From the NCBI RefSeq assembly GCF_036321535.1, contig NC_087436.1, positions 103,852,001 through 103,916,000 of the forward strand: a stretch of 64,000 nt of DNA, written 5' to 3'. The notes below the pieces were generated by a model. It was not told the origin of the DNA. It ran no database searches and saw nothing but the letters and a program-made list of their open reading frames with translations. The DNA comes from Camelus dromedarius. Taxonomy: Eukaryota. A program made the position numbers and the translations under genes. Below are positions 49,111 to 62,070 of the stretch, in pieces. Each line of letters begins with the position of its first letter. Within the stretch, counting starts at the first letter, position 1.

Positions 49111-51089
49111 CCTCCCGGGACTGTCAGGGGTCTCCCACTGCTGTTGTCAGCCATCAGCAGAAAAGTAGGGAGAAAAGAGAGGAGAGCCAAGAAATCTTTT
49201 AAAAATGCAAATCAGATCACTTTCTTCCAGGTAAAAACAAAAACAAAAACAGAAGTCAGCTGGGGGCTCACCAGAACTCACCTGTGTCTCCAGCCTAGTC
49301 CCGATGCTCAGCCTCTCCCCACAGACACACACTCTCCCTTCCCAGCCCCACTGCCCCTCCTTCTGCCCTGGGATGGGCCTCCTCTCTTAGAGCTCCCTCT
49401 TCCTTTGTAAGGCTTCACCCCTCTGGAATGCTTTTCCTTCCGTTTCAGATGATGTCACTTCCTCTGATAAGCCTTCCCTGATCCCTCCAAGAAGAGGTTG
49501 CTGCACCATTTTCTTGAGCACCTACAAATTCCCTTTGGAACACGCTTATTAATTTCCAGTGGGGGAAGCTTGGTCTGGGCTGAACATCAGAAAAGCAGGC
49601 CCTCTCCAAAACCTAAACAGGAGTCAAGCTAAGCTCTTGTGTCCAGTCACATTTTGCATGTCTGGGGGTCAAGGCTGCGAGTGTGGAGGTGACAGAGGAA
49701 TATGCCGCCGGGCCCTATCCCATCTCGTTTTGCACAGATATTCAGCACAGTTGGGCCTTAAGTGCACAAAACAGGAAGTTGCCATCAGCGTTTTGTCAGG
49801 TGCTCTGGAAAGAGCCATCTTGCTCCAATATTCTGCCTCTAAATTCCTGGGCCCCATCCCACTGACAACTTCTTTTAATTAAAGACTGAAGCATATTATG
49901 AAAATTCTTAGCCCTGAAAGAGAGAGGACCACAAGGGAAAGAGAAACGAAACAGATGTATCTTGATGGACAAAGAGAGGAAGGGCCAGAGAAAGGAGGCC
50001 AGCGGCCAGAGAGGGTGAGCCCACAAAAGTGTGGGAGAAGACAGGGCACCGGGAGTGACGTCACCCCAAGGCAGATGGAAGAGTCCGGGTGTCAGAAGTC
50101 CTCTTCTGTGCTGTGTTGAATGGAGGTGACCATGTCTAGTGATGCTGGAAGGACCACCCCCAGGTGAAGAGGTACACAGAATATGACAATTACTAGGAGC
50201 CTCCAACTCTCCACAGCCTCTCTGTGACAAGGAACCACAGCCGGAGCTGACACTGCTTGGTGATTTCCATACCCACCCCTTCATCCTGTTTTCCCTGCAA
50301 TCTGGTGACCAGGGCTAATGTTATCCCCACTTGAGAGACAGAAAATAGTGTCAAGAGAGCTTGATAGTTTTCAATCCCATTGATTTCAAGTGTTCAAGGT
50401 CCTATTTTTACAAGGGAAAAACACTTTCACTTTCTTACAATCCACAATAAGAAAACAGAAGATGCTTTTCGAAGGGCCATAAAAACTCTAGGCCAGGTTC
50501 CAGCAGCCACGATCCAGGACTATGATGTCATCTTCTTCCTTTCTGACTGTGCCCAGGCCAGCCCATTAGTCCCAGATCTCCAGTCTGATGGTGAATCTTC
50601 CAAAGACTCTGTTGGCACTCACTGCTGGCCTTGGTTGGAATTGCCCCATCCTAATGTCAACTTTTGTGCCTCTCATTTTGGGGCACGGGTTCTCTCAAAT
50701 TCATTGGAGTTTCTTAGCACTCCAAGGGAAAGGCTACATTTGCCAAACCCACCAAACAAGAGTCACACTCTCTTCCCAAATGGGAACCTCCTTGCCTTAC
50801 TGATTCTATGACTTCTGGACAAGTTTTTTAAGTCTGTTTTCTGAAAAATGAAAATAATACTAGTACCAGCCTCTTAGGATTTTTATAAATGAGATCACGC
50901 ATGTAAAGCACTGCACATTCATATTCTGGAGAAATAATCCGTATGTGAAATGCTGCTGTCATCATCATTCACTTACCTTTGCAAAAATAAGGGTTTTCAA
51001 ATAACCTTCTGCAGAATGAAAATCTGCTTCCAACAGTCTTTCTGCCTCTGTCTCCTCCTGTTGCAGCTGGAATCTTCTCTCAGCCAAGG

Positions 51090-51725
51090 CCTGCCCCCTC
51101 TACATTTGCACCAGTTAATAGTCCCAGCGCCGTGACTACATAAGAACCTACTGCTGACCTTTCAGTGTATTAAAGTGTCAAGGTTATTCCGCATATTGAT
51201 GCTCCTCGTCTGTCATTTCTCTCCAACGCCCCTCCACCTTCACACATATACACCAGCTACTTACAAAAGAAAAAGGCTTTCAGAAGACAGAAAAAACATT
51301 TAATGTAATCCCTGTTCTATTCTCATGATTGCTGATACAGAGAAGTGCACTGGAGCAAATGTTTAAACCTATCAAAATTAAATAACGCGTTGCCTTTGTC
51401 TCTGTATTACCTGGCACTCAGGGGTCTCTGTCTAATAATAAAGGTTGCCCGCACTTTCGTAGTTCAAGTCCTGGGAAAGCAATCACTTCGTCAGTGCCCA
51501 GCGCCACCTGTGCATTCATTTATCTCCTAGAAATAAGTCCTTAGCAATTGTCACTTAAACCTGATTAGGATTGGGAGACAAAAGGAAACCAGGACTTAAA
51601 TAGGTGGTGAGCTGAAATGTGATTCTATCGAACACACGAAATCATGAGCTGATGTGAATGTGAATAATGGAATATCGCATCAAGAGCTGTTAAGAAAAGG
51701 ACTGACTTTGCAATGTTTATTTCTG
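51090..51725. promoter_or_regulatory. Candidate enhancer
   Basis: Repeat-free block with TAATCC, TAAT, CCTTTGT, CTGTCA/TTGTCA and TGTTTA motifs. Function is inferred. Confidence 0.35.
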
Positions 51726-51839
51726 GGAGGCCATTCAAACTCCTCTTTCCTCATACCTCTCCTCCTCAATTACCCACTTCTGTACTTGATTTGTTTTCCC
51801 TCTAAGATATAGATATAGGCAGGCATCATTCATTCTACC

Positions 51840-52150
51840 CAGCCTCTGTTGGGTCCCTCTGCTGTACCTGGAACTGTCAGCCACTGGAGACACAGAGATG
51901 AGGACGCCATAGTCCTGCCTTAAGGGACTCGTGGAACGTGCAGCCACACGTGGTGAGGATAACATATAGAGAGAGAGTGCTGGGGTCACAGAGAAGGAAG
52001 ATTGCTGTTAACTTGGGCTCTCTGGGAAAGCGTTACAGAGAACACGTTTCAGAAGAGCTTTTCGGGCTGAGGAGTTCACCAGGACACAAGGGGCCCTGAA
52101 CGTGGAAGAAAGAGTAGAGATTTGAAGGACGGAAAGTGCTTAGTGTTTTC
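51840..52150 (-). mobile_element. LINE-2 fragment
   Basis: cactggagacacagagatgaggac..gtcctgccttaaggg..ctctgggaaagcgttacagag. Confidence 0.6.
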
Positions 52151-52189
52151 ATAGAGTGGCAAGCCCAACACTGAGGTTAAAAGGAAAAG

Positions 52190-52680
52190 GATTCACTGGG
52201 TTTTATATCAAGAAGGTTTTTCCACAAGTAACAGAAAGCCAGATCACCAGCAGCTTGAGCCATGAAGACAATTATTGTTTATTTCACAGTCTGTGGGCTC
52301 TAGATGGTTCCAGGGGTCATTCCGTGGCTCAATTAACGTCATCAGATAGTCCAACTCTGACAACTCTTCCCTTACCATCCTCAGAGCACTGGTCTTCCGC
52401 CCTGGTGCTTGTCGCCCCACGATGATGGCTGGTGCAGTAGCAGACATCTCACCCTCATCAGTGGTCCATGAAGGGAAGGAGAGGTGCGGGCTGAAAGGAT
52501 TCTTGCATCAGAAAAGAGGAACTTTCCAGAACCATGCCCCACAGCTGACTTCTTCATAGGTCATGTGCCCAGTCCCATACCTAAGGGAGAATCTGAGTAT
52601 TCAGGAAAAGTGACTATCTGGCAAAGGGAAATGGAATGGCCATGCCTGGATTAGATCAATCCTGATTCACCCCTGGGGAA
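52190..52680 (-). mobile_element. Old MLT1 LTR
   Basis: caagtaacagaaagcc..gatggctggtgcagtagcagacatc..ggattagatcaatcctgattcacccctgggg. Confidence 0.65.
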
Positions 52681-52719
52681 GGATACATGGTTGGGTCCAT
52701 AACTAACAGGGCTATGACT

Positions 52720-54830
52720 TTTTATTATTAACGCTTGAGACACAAACAGCATGAAGAGTTAACAACTCACCACTCAGCTTAAAAGAAGAATTCGTTGCCA
52801 ACATGCCCCTTAATAGGATCCTCCCCAAGACTCCACCCCTCCCTTCTTTCTACCTGGGAGGAACCTCTGTATAGATTTTCCAGGTTTTTCATTTATTTGC
52901 ATTTCTTCTTTCCTCTCCATGTATATACATATCCCTGTTCAATTAATAGAATTGTGACAGGTATTGAACGTTCATGTAGATATCATACTGCAAATATTCA
53001 TTTGCAAATTGCTTTCTTTTGATCAATGTTATGTTTGTGGAATTAATCCATATTGATTCCTGTAGCTCCAGTTCATTCCTTTTCACTGCTATGTGAATTC
53101 CATTACAGATATGACACAATTTATTTCTCCTCTGGATGGACACTGTGAAGTTGTCAATATTTTACTATTATAAACAATACTTCTATGACCGTTATTTTTC
53201 ATGTCTTCTAATGTATGTGTGTATGTGCAGGTGTGTGGGCATATATAGGTACACGTGTGTATATGTGTGTATACCTGCATGTGTATATATGTGTGTGCAT
53301 ATAGATGTAGGCATGTATATGTGTATATATTGATTCATTTCAGGTATATGTTGAGAAGTATCCTTCTGAGCAATAGCATTTACGTGTCTTTAACTTTACT
53401 GTTGCCGATTTCCAACAGCCGTGGATAAGAGGTCCCATCACGCCACATCCTAACAAAACTTGGTCCTATCAGACTTTTAATTTTTGCCAATCTGAAACAG
53501 CATCTCATTTTAGTTTTAATTTGTATTTCCTTCATTAATAATGAAGTTAAGCTTATTTTCATGTGTTTATTGGCAATTGGTGTTTCCACTTCAGTAAAAT
53601 GTATCTTAACTATTTTGCCCACTTTTACTCACTTGTGTGTCTTTTTCTCTTTGATTTAGAGAAATGCTTTATGTATGCTGGGTATTCTTTATTTCTGCCT
53701 AACTTTTCTTAAAGGTATTTTTTGGGTGGACAGAAACATTTTTGTTTTGATGCAAATTGAATTTTTCAATTTTTGGTGTGGTTTCTGAGGATGGAGCATC
53801 ATGAAATTCTTTTCTCCTTCAAGTTCATAAAGATGTCTTATTTCCTTATGAAATTTTTTAGATTTTTATGTTTAAGTCTTTCCACAGTGAGGGTCTTAAC
53901 CCACATGATTCTAAGGATGTATTTTTCCCCATGGTATAAACAATTACCCATAAACAAATAATGTTAATTGAATGGTGGTGTTTTTTTTCCACTGAGCTGC
54001 AGCACCAGCCAGATACACATGGAGTGTGTCCTGGACTCTGATCCTTTGCCAGCTCTGTCCTGATACCACACTGTTCTTCCTACAGCTTCACAGTCTGTCT
54101 GGGAGCTGCAGGGACCCTTCCAGAGACGTCTGTTAGCAGAGCGTGAAGGGTGGAGGGGCCTCATTACCGTCGGCCCGCCCCAGACGGGCCGCACACCACG
54201 GGCTGCTTGCCCTGTGCGGCGGCCCACCAGCAGCGTCTGTCCGCTGTTCACGTGCACCGCCAGCAAAGGGCGGGATGTTTTGTGCTTCTTCGAGCTGAAA
54301 GAGTCACTTCCCGTTTGAAACCCCATCTGAAAGCAGGCACCCCCCTCAACAGAATGCATTCCGGGGATAATTCCAGGGTCAGAACTAGACATCACCCGAC
54401 GGCTGCACGCCCCCCAGGAAGCTGTAAACCACGCTAAAGCCAAGGAGAGCCGCCGTGTGCTCGGGCTCCGGGCTCCGGGGCGCTGGTGTCAGGGAAGCAG
54501 CCAGAAGCGATGGGGGCTGGAGAGGAGCTTTAACCCGGCTCTGGTGTCCCCTCCTCCTTTCATGGGCCACCCAAGCCCACCTGCGCTCCGGACCCACGCT
54601 CATCCACCTCTTTCTTTTACCTGATCGTGCGACAAAGAACTTGTGGTTCTGCCTCTTCTGGGCCTCCCGGGCTGTCCGAACTCTCAGACTCTAATTTATT
54701 ATTCGGATTTTCCCTTTCCAGGCGCTTACTGCTAATCTCGGTTCAGTTCTCCTAAGGAATTCCTGAATTCTGTTTATGTGTTTCTAACTGCTGTTTTACA
54801 TGCCCTTCTATTTATGAGTATCTTCAAAAC
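52720..54830 (-). mobile_element. Ancient LINE-1 (L1ME-like), with a GC/CpG-rich internal segment
   Basis: Reverse L1 3'/ORF2 sequence (ccagttcattccttttcactgct, cagacttttaatttttgccaatctg, tgataccacactgttctt) runs to about 54110. L1-like sequence resumes at 54695-54830. Confidence 0.7.
53210..53331. repeat. Degenerate (TG/TA)n simple repeat
   Basis: Direct read. Confidence 0.85.
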
Positions 54831-55131
54831 TGTTTTAGGGAAAGGGAAAAATCTAAATATAGATCTGATTTTACAGCTAAGGAGCTGCATCGCAGGGAGA
54901 TGAAGCAATGTGTTCAAGATTTGGGGTGAATCTGGGGCTAGAAGTCAGACCACCAAAGCCCTTCCCACTTCTTTAGTCTTCCCAGCCTCCCAGGGGACAT
55001 CTGGCTCAGGAAACAAAATCTCCAGTGGCCAGTTGGGCTAATGAGGACTTACTGTGTTCCATTTTGCTGAAGGCTGTCTAGGAAACCATGATAAAGCAGA
55101 ACCTGGCTTCAAGGAACATGATACCCTGGTT

Positions 55132-55132
<1 letters not shown>

Positions 55133-55179
<47 letters not shown>

Positions 55180-55240
55180 AGTGAGAGAGAGAGTGAGAGA
55201 GAAAGAGGGGGAGAGAGAGGGGGAGAGAGAGAGAGAGAGA
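55133..55240. repeat. Compound (TG)n-(GA)n microsatellite
   Basis: Direct read. Confidence 0.95.
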
Positions 55241-55710
55241 TGCTGTGTATACCTGCTTTAATCATTCAGTGTGCATCTGAAACTCTGCAGGAATGGTGAC
55301 CCCCTCGGGCCAATTCCTTTTTAATTCCTAACCCTCAGTGCTCCACCCAAGGCATGGGATTTTAAAAGCTGCTCAGGAATGGGGGAGAAAATCTTGACCC
55401 CAACTTAAAAGCTGTTTGCTCAGCAGGAACTCTCATTTTTCTATCAGCACAGAGACCTTGCCTGACAAGCAGGGCCAGAGGCCCCGTCCAGAACGCAGAA
55501 GAAAGAATTTCAGCAAATTGCGAACATGTTAGCTCAGGTGAGGATGGTCCCAAGGACGGGCCCGCTCAAAGAGCTCCGGAGCCCCAGGAAGACACTGACT
55601 GATGGAGGGCAGGTGGGTCAGGCCTGATGGGGACCAAGGCCTGGGTGGGCCCTCTTCACTCACGTGTGCAGATGCCCAGGGTCCCTACTCACAGGTATGT
55701 AACAGCTCTG

Positions 55711-55890
55711 ACCTGGCAGCTCTCACGCTTGAGGGAGCATCGGAACCACCTGGAGAGCTGGATAAAGCAGCCTGTTGCCCCCACCCGAGAGTCTCTGGTT
55801 CAGTGCGCTCAGAGTGAGGTGGAAATTTGCATTCCTAACGTGTTCTCAAGAAAACGATGCTTCTGGAACACAACCCACGTGAGAATCATG
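55711..55890. mobile_element. MER5A
   Basis: gcatcggaaccacctggagagct..ccccacccgagagtctctggttcagt..aatttgcattcctaac. Confidence 0.7.
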
Positions 55891-56057
55891 GCTCCACTCA
55901 GTTCAATTAAACATGGAAAGATTCTCAAGTACATCAGAGGTGCCAGACACTGTGGGGACCGAGAACTAAATCAGGCACAGTCTATCCCGACAAGGGCCTA
56001 GGAGTCAAACACCTCCCCTGCCTCCTGCCAAGATGCTTCTTATGCTTTTGTGAGAAG

Positions 56058-56275
56058 GCTGTGTTTCCAAAACCTGGTTATTAAAAACAAAAACAAAAAC
56101 AAAAACAAAAACAAAAACAAAAACAGAAAACCACCCAGGAAGCTTGAAAATATACAGGCTCCTAAGCTCCTCCCAGAAAATGTGGATTTAGGACATCTCT
56201 GATGGGATCCAGGGATCTGCATTTTCAATAAGCTCCCCAGGTAATTCTTATGATCGTGGAAGTTTGAGACAGACT
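56058..56275. mobile_element. MER5-family MITE containing (AAAAAC)7 at 56083-56124
   Basis: ccacccaggaagcttgaaaatatacag..atctgcattttcaataagctccccaggtaattctta. Confidence 0.7.
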
Positions 56276-56539
56276 TGATCTAACACCCAGTTTTCCAAAA
56301 AGCCCAGAACTTCTACTACAAGAAAGGCCTCAGTGTAACCCCTCGGTGTTCCCACTTCTGTTACTTATTATCTAGTACAAATAATTCTAAAATAAACTAG
56401 CTCTTTCCCACAAAAGGTCTCAAATACAGAGCCCTGGAATAACCAGGGGGAAGATTAAAAAAGGAGTGAGACCCAGGACAGGTGAATTTGAGCAGGCCTG
56501 GGTGGAAGGCATGAGATGCCGAGAGGGGTCCAGAGGTAA

Positions 56540-56891
56540 TGGGGTAGACCACCCAGTGGCCACCATGCTTTGTAGCTCCTCCCACAAAGTAGAATCAATT
56601 TCTCGACTTCTTGAATCTGAGCTGGCCTGTGACCTGCTTTGATCAATCGAATGTGGCAGACTCATTCTAGAATGTGTCGAGGAGGTGGCATGACACGGTC
56701 AGAAGCTACTCTAGTCCTTCACAAGCCAGTAAGCCCCAGCCCACAAATGCCCGAGCAAGATGGGTCAGACCAGAACCGGCCTGCGGAGCCCGATCCAAAC
56801 TCCCTGTGGGCTCCTGAGCTAAGTGGCTGGCTGTTCTTTTAGGCCACTAAGTTTGGGGTGGTTTGTTATGCAGCAAAAATTAACTGAGACA
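56540..56891 (+). mobile_element. MLT1 LTR (MLT1F-like)
   Basis: cttgaatctgagctggcctgtgacctgctttgatcaatcgaatgtggcaga..ccactaagtttggggtggtttgttatgcagcaaaaattaactgagaca. Confidence 0.8.
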
Positions 56892-57534
56892 AGAAGAAGG
56901 CCAGGAAATGTCCAGGGACCCTGAAAGTCAATTCCATCATTGGAGCATTTTTGCCTTAGGCCAGATCTAAGTATTGTGTTCCAACAGTGTAATAAGGCCG
57001 CCTTCCGGCTTCCCCACTCCCCAGCCCCGCACCTCAAATTCAAAGATTTTCACTGAGTAGTGAAGGGGAAAATTCAGTCCTTCTAACATCTCAGATGTGC
57101 CCATTGCCCTGAACTCTACTTAGATAGGAAACAGCTGCCGTTTCACCACCATGTGTCTGCATTTCCATCTAAAAAGGTAAAGCAGTTCAGTCCTCTAGAC
57201 ACACACATCCAAGGAGTGTTATGCAATGTCTTGGGGATCATTGAACCCTGGAGAACCCTCTGTGCCCTGGGCTTCACACTGAGCTAACTAACTCTTAGCA
57301 AAGGGGGTTGCTGAGAAGCAGGTGGCAAAGTGATGGATGGAGAACCATCAGCAACAGCCCAGGGACCTGGCACCGGGGCTCCAGTCCCGCCTATTCTCAT
57401 TGGAAATCTTGGGATAGGCACTTAACCTCCTCGCCCTGCAGGAATTGTGGTTGGATTTGCTCACCAACAAGCTTCTAAGGATCTGTAGAACAGGGGATGG
57501 AGCTCAGGTAAGGGATCAGGGCTGTGGTTCACAG

Positions 57535-58921
57535 AGCACTGGCTTTGTGGGGTTGCCACCCGTGCAGTCCTCAGGGCCCTGGGCTCAAAGAGCCCCAGGT
57601 TCGGTTTAATGCTCGGCTGCTGCCGTCTTTAGATGCTTAATAATTTTATCTTTGAACTTGGGTTTTGTAAGCGGAGTCCGATGGGAAAATGGAATGTGCA
57701 CAGAGCAGAGGAGACAGACACACCATGCATGTCTGCCTCTGTGTCTTGCCGCCACATTCCCAGACAGTGTTGGTGCTCCCCACAAGCACAGAATGCGGGT
57801 GGCCCGTGATGTGGGGACTTCAGCAAGGCACATCTAGGACTGAATGAATGGGGGGGTGGGGCGCTGACAGCCCCATGGGGGCCATGCTTTCTGTTCAAAC
57901 CAGAACTTGCTCCAAATAAGGCAATGAGTTCTAAGAAACAGTAACAACCAAGGAAGCTGCGATGGGTTGAGTCACATCCTCCAAGTTCATGTGCTGCAAT
58001 CCTAACCCCCAGTCCCTCAGAATGTGACCTTATTTGGAAATAGGGTCACTGCAGAGGTAATTCGTTAAAATGAGGTCATACTGGAGTAGGGTGGGCCCTA
58101 GCCAGCATGACTGGTATCTCTATACAAAGGGGAAATTGATACGCTGACAGGCACGCAAGGAAAACGGCTTGCGAAGACTGGAGATGTGATGCCACAAGCC
58201 AAGGGACTGGCAGAAGCCGGCAGAGAGATCTGGAGGAGTGGAGCCTCCAGAGGGAGGGGACCCTGCCAACACCTTGATCTCAGGCTTCTCCCTCCAGAAC
58301 TGTGAGATGATAAATTTCTGGGTTTTAAGCTCCTCCATTTGTGATCCTTTGTTACAGCAGCCCTAGCACAGGAAATCAGAAGCCACCACACCCCTCGTCC
58401 CATATTACTCTCTTTGCCAGCCAACCACACAGGCGGAAAATGATGGCCCAGAAAGGTAAGCAACTCATAGTCCCTTTGCCTTTCAGTCCTTCCTGGCTCA
58501 TCGCAGCCAAAGCGAGCGCGTGTGGGTGGGCAGTGCATGGATTGAGACGGGAAATTTAAAACAGCTGGATTTGTTCATTCTGGTAAGAACGAAGTCTATA
58601 TGCATGTTCAAGCTGCAAAGCATGAGTTATGTAATTTCGGTGATTATATGAATTAAATGCTCTTGTGTTTGTATTTAAAAGAGGCATTGCACAACATAAA
58701 GATGAACAGAAGTCTTATTAATAATTAAATTTTTAATTTTTCTTATAACAACATCAAAGAGCAAATATAGAACGGCACGACAAGTTAAAAAAGAGACCGC
58801 AGAAGAAAGGAAAAAGCTTTGTATGGTACCACCTTGAACAGCACTTTTTTTCCTGCTTTTTGAAGAAAAGGATGTACATTTTCCTTTTGCAATGGCCCCT
58901 GCAAATTCTGTAGCTGGCCCA
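57535..58921. mobile_element. MER45-family hAT-Tip100 DNA transposon, interrupted by MLT1B
   Basis: Left end cccgtgcagtcctcagggccc..ggtttaatgctc..cttaataatttt. Right end cattttccttttgcaatggcccctgcaaattctgtagctggccc. Confidence 0.8.
57958..58370 (+). mobile_element. MaLR solo LTR (MLT1B-like)
   Basis: cctaacccccagtccctcagaatgtgaccttatttggaaatagggtc..gaggtcatactggagtagggtgggccct..tttgttacagcagccctagca. Confidence 0.9.
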
Positions 58922-59927
58922 AATCTAGAGTCAGCCAAGAGCAGCAGGAAATGCTATCTCTGCTCAGGTGCTCTGAACTTGTGGTTTTCCCCCAGCTCCC
59001 AAACCTGGATCTCCTAATACTACTTTTTATAGCTATTTATATACAGAGAGCACACACCCGTGCTGCATAATCACAGTGCTTGGGGGTGCAGAAATGTCTC
59101 CTTTTTCATTGCTCCCTGACACACCCTTAGTTCTCAAGAATCCATTTACCTCTGATGGAGGGGAAAAATGTGCCTATTCAAGGAAACTCAGTGACCTTGG
59201 AGTTTGAACTCAGTCCATTGAGGCTACTGTCCCTGTAGACTCACGTGCACACACGCACACACGCACACACACACACCTCCCCAGGGAGGGATTAAAATCT
59301 GGGAAGACATCCCTGGCTCGTCACTAGCATTTGTCCCCGCTGACTTGTTGAAATGTAAAATTCCCCTTTTATCTTCACCCTCCCGGCTTCGTCTGTCTGC
59401 AGATGTAGCTGGAAAGTTCAAGGCCGCCTCTGCCCCCCAGCGCACACAGCTCCTCCTGCATCCCTTCTGCTCACAGAGGCGCCTTCCAGGTCCAGGAGGC
59501 TGCCTGCTTTCACGCTAAAGGGCAGAGTTAAGTTGTTGTGACAGAGAATGAACAGCCCACGAGCAAGAATACTTATCTGACTCTTTACAGAACGAGTTCG
59601 CCAGCTCCTGGCCTAGACACACCGGCTGCTACTTCTCCTTCTTGTGGTTTCAATGCAGCAGTTATTTTCTCCTTTAGGATGTTTGCTGTCTCCTCAGGAA
59701 GCAAGGCTGCAGTCCTCTCTACTGTGCAGAAGCCCCCGGACGTACGCAGGGTTTCTCCCCACCCCTCTAGGAGGAGGGGGCATTCGTCCATGTCCCCAGA
59801 TGGAAGTCCATCATTGTCTTAACCCCGGTGACATTCTCTCTGTTCATCCGTTACCACCAACAAGCCATCAGATCTTTATCACTTCTACAAAAGAAAAACT
59901 GACTTTATATCATGATGCACTAGCCAC

Positions 59928-60340
59928 GTCTATTAGTTATCTATTGCTATGTAACAAATGATCCCAAAACTTAATAGCTCAGCAGAACAGACACTGATGA
60001 TCTCGCAGTTTTTGTGGCTTAGGAACCAGGACAGGATGAAGCTAGGTGTCTCTGCCTCAAGGTCTCTCCTGAGATTGTAGTCCATCCTCCGCCGTCTGGC
60101 CTGCAGTCATCTCAAGGCTGGATTGGGGGAGAATGCGCTTCCACGCTCCCTCACGTGACGTGGAGGCTGGCTTCCCGGGGGGAAGCCCTCCGAGAGAGAG
60201 TGAGGAACAGCTCCCAAGACGAAAGCCTCTGTCCTTCCACACGCTGTTCTCCAAGCGACATCTCATCACTTCTGCCAAATTCTGTTCTTTTTGACCTAAC
60301 GTGCTGTAGTCCATCTAAAGACGTGGCCTTAAAACCACCA
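59928..60340 (-). mobile_element. MLT1 LTR (MLT1G/H-like)
   Basis: tattagttatctattgctatgtaacaaatgatcccaaaacttaatagct..catcacttctgccaaattctgtt. Confidence 0.8.
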
Positions 60341-61096
60341 CATCACTCTAAGGCTTCTGACAAACTCTGGCTACAAAGTACCTTTTGTCAAAAATAAAAC
60401 CAAAAGACAAAGCTCCTCATAGCCTGGGAGGATATTCAGACAATTGTGTCTACCATTAGCTCTCAAATTCCTTCAGATGCTTGTTTGAAAGCCATTCAGA
60501 GATGCCTTAATGCTCCCCTTCATCCCACTCCTATCCTGGAGGCAATAAATCCCTTGTGACCAAAAAGAAAGCGAGAGAGAAAAGAAAATAGTAAAAACAA
60601 AAACAAAAAAAGGAACCAGGAGGCAAAACCTTAGTGAATATCTTCTACTCTTATCCTACCAGACTGACTTGACAGGGCATTTTGGACATCTGAAATTTGT
60701 CTGTTCAGGCAAAGAAATCAAGCAGGAAAGATGAAGCAAATGCATGGAGACAGCCAGTACCCTGCACCATAAATCCTCTGAGGCCCCAAGCTCGTGACTT
60801 TTTGAGTCAACGTTTAGACCCACGTAAACATGTGCAAGTCATTCAGGAACAGATCATTGGCAAACACCAACTGAAGGAAATCAAAGTCGCTGTTCAAATG
60901 GAGTCTATTCTTTACACACGTGTATTTGCTTCTCTCTGGCTTGTCCAGGCTCCTTCCTCAACCCTACATCAGCAAAATTTCACAACATCTACTTTGAGAT
61001 CTCAGCCTTGATTAAGACTGAAGTCAAGTGGTCTTCCAGCATCAAGAAGATGAGAAACATTTCTTCAGTTTCCTCCTTCTAAGAATAAGTACCAAT

Positions 61097-61797
61097 TGTA
61101 TGGGGGTTCCTTAAAAAATTAAAAATAGAGTTACCATATGATTCAGCAATCCCATTCCTGGGAATGTATCCAGAAAAAACAAAAGTGCTGAATGGAAAAG
61201 TTGCATGCACCCCAGTGGTCATGGCGGCACTGTTTACAACAGCCAAGACATGGAAGCAACCTAAATGTCCATCAACAGATGAATGATAAAGAAGATGTGG
61301 TATACATATGCAGCAGAATATTACTGAGCCATAAAAAAGAAATAATGCCATTTGCAGCAATATGGATAGACCTAGAGATTATCACGTTAAGTGAAATCAG
61401 CCAAAGAAAGACAAATATTATGTTATCACTTATATGTGGAATCTAAAAAATAGTACAAATAAACTTATTTTCAAAACAGAAACAGGCTTCACAGACATAA
61501 AAAATCAATACCAAAATCAAATTTATGGTAACCAAAGGGGAAGGGAGATTAGGGGTATATTAGGATTGTGGGATTAACAGATACACACTACTGTATATAA
61601 AATAGGTAAACAACAGGTTTTACTGTATAGCACAGGGAACTATATTCAATATTTTGTAATAAACTATAATGGAAAGGAGTTGAAAAAAATAGAATCTATG
61701 CATATATATGTATAACCAAATCACTTTGCTGTATACCTGAAACTAACACAATATTGTAATTCAGCTATACTTCCATAAAAAAATAAGCATTCAAAAA
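61097..61797 (+). mobile_element. Young 5'-truncated LINE-1 3' end
   Basis: L1 ORF2 C-terminus plus 3'UTR. 16-bp TSD aagaataagtaccaat (61081-61096) / aagagtaagtagcaat (61798-61813) with two mismatches. Confidence 0.93.
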
Positions 61798-61819
61798 AAG
61801 AGTAAGTAGCAATAAAAAT

Positions 61820-62070
61820 AAGAGCTACTGTTTCCTGTGTACGTACTATCACCTACTTTGTTAGACTGTTACGTGCGTTAGCTCATTTAATTCTCACCCT
61901 CATAACGACCCCACCAAAGAAATATAATTATCCCTTTTTTTGGATGAGATAACCAGCTCAGAAAAACTCATTTGTTTTTCGCAGTTCACACAGCTGTAAA
62001 ACGGCGAGTCCAGAAAGCAAACCTGCGTCTGTCTGAGTCCTGAGTCCGTTCTCTTTACAGTAGTACCATT
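61820..62070 (-). mobile_element. MIR SINE
   Basis: ttagctcatttaattctcac..attatcccttttttggatgag..cacacagctgtaaacggcgag. Confidence 0.75.

Noticed and set aside
49796..50811. 162-aa and 143-aa ORFs
   Set aside because: No recognisable protein family. Such lengths are expected by chance in GC-richer DNA, and both rely on non-ATG or weak starts.
53964..54694. ORFs in the CpG-rich patch as a possible first exon
   Set aside because: Open frames on both strands are explained by GC content. There is no recognisable protein, and the patch lies within an old L1.
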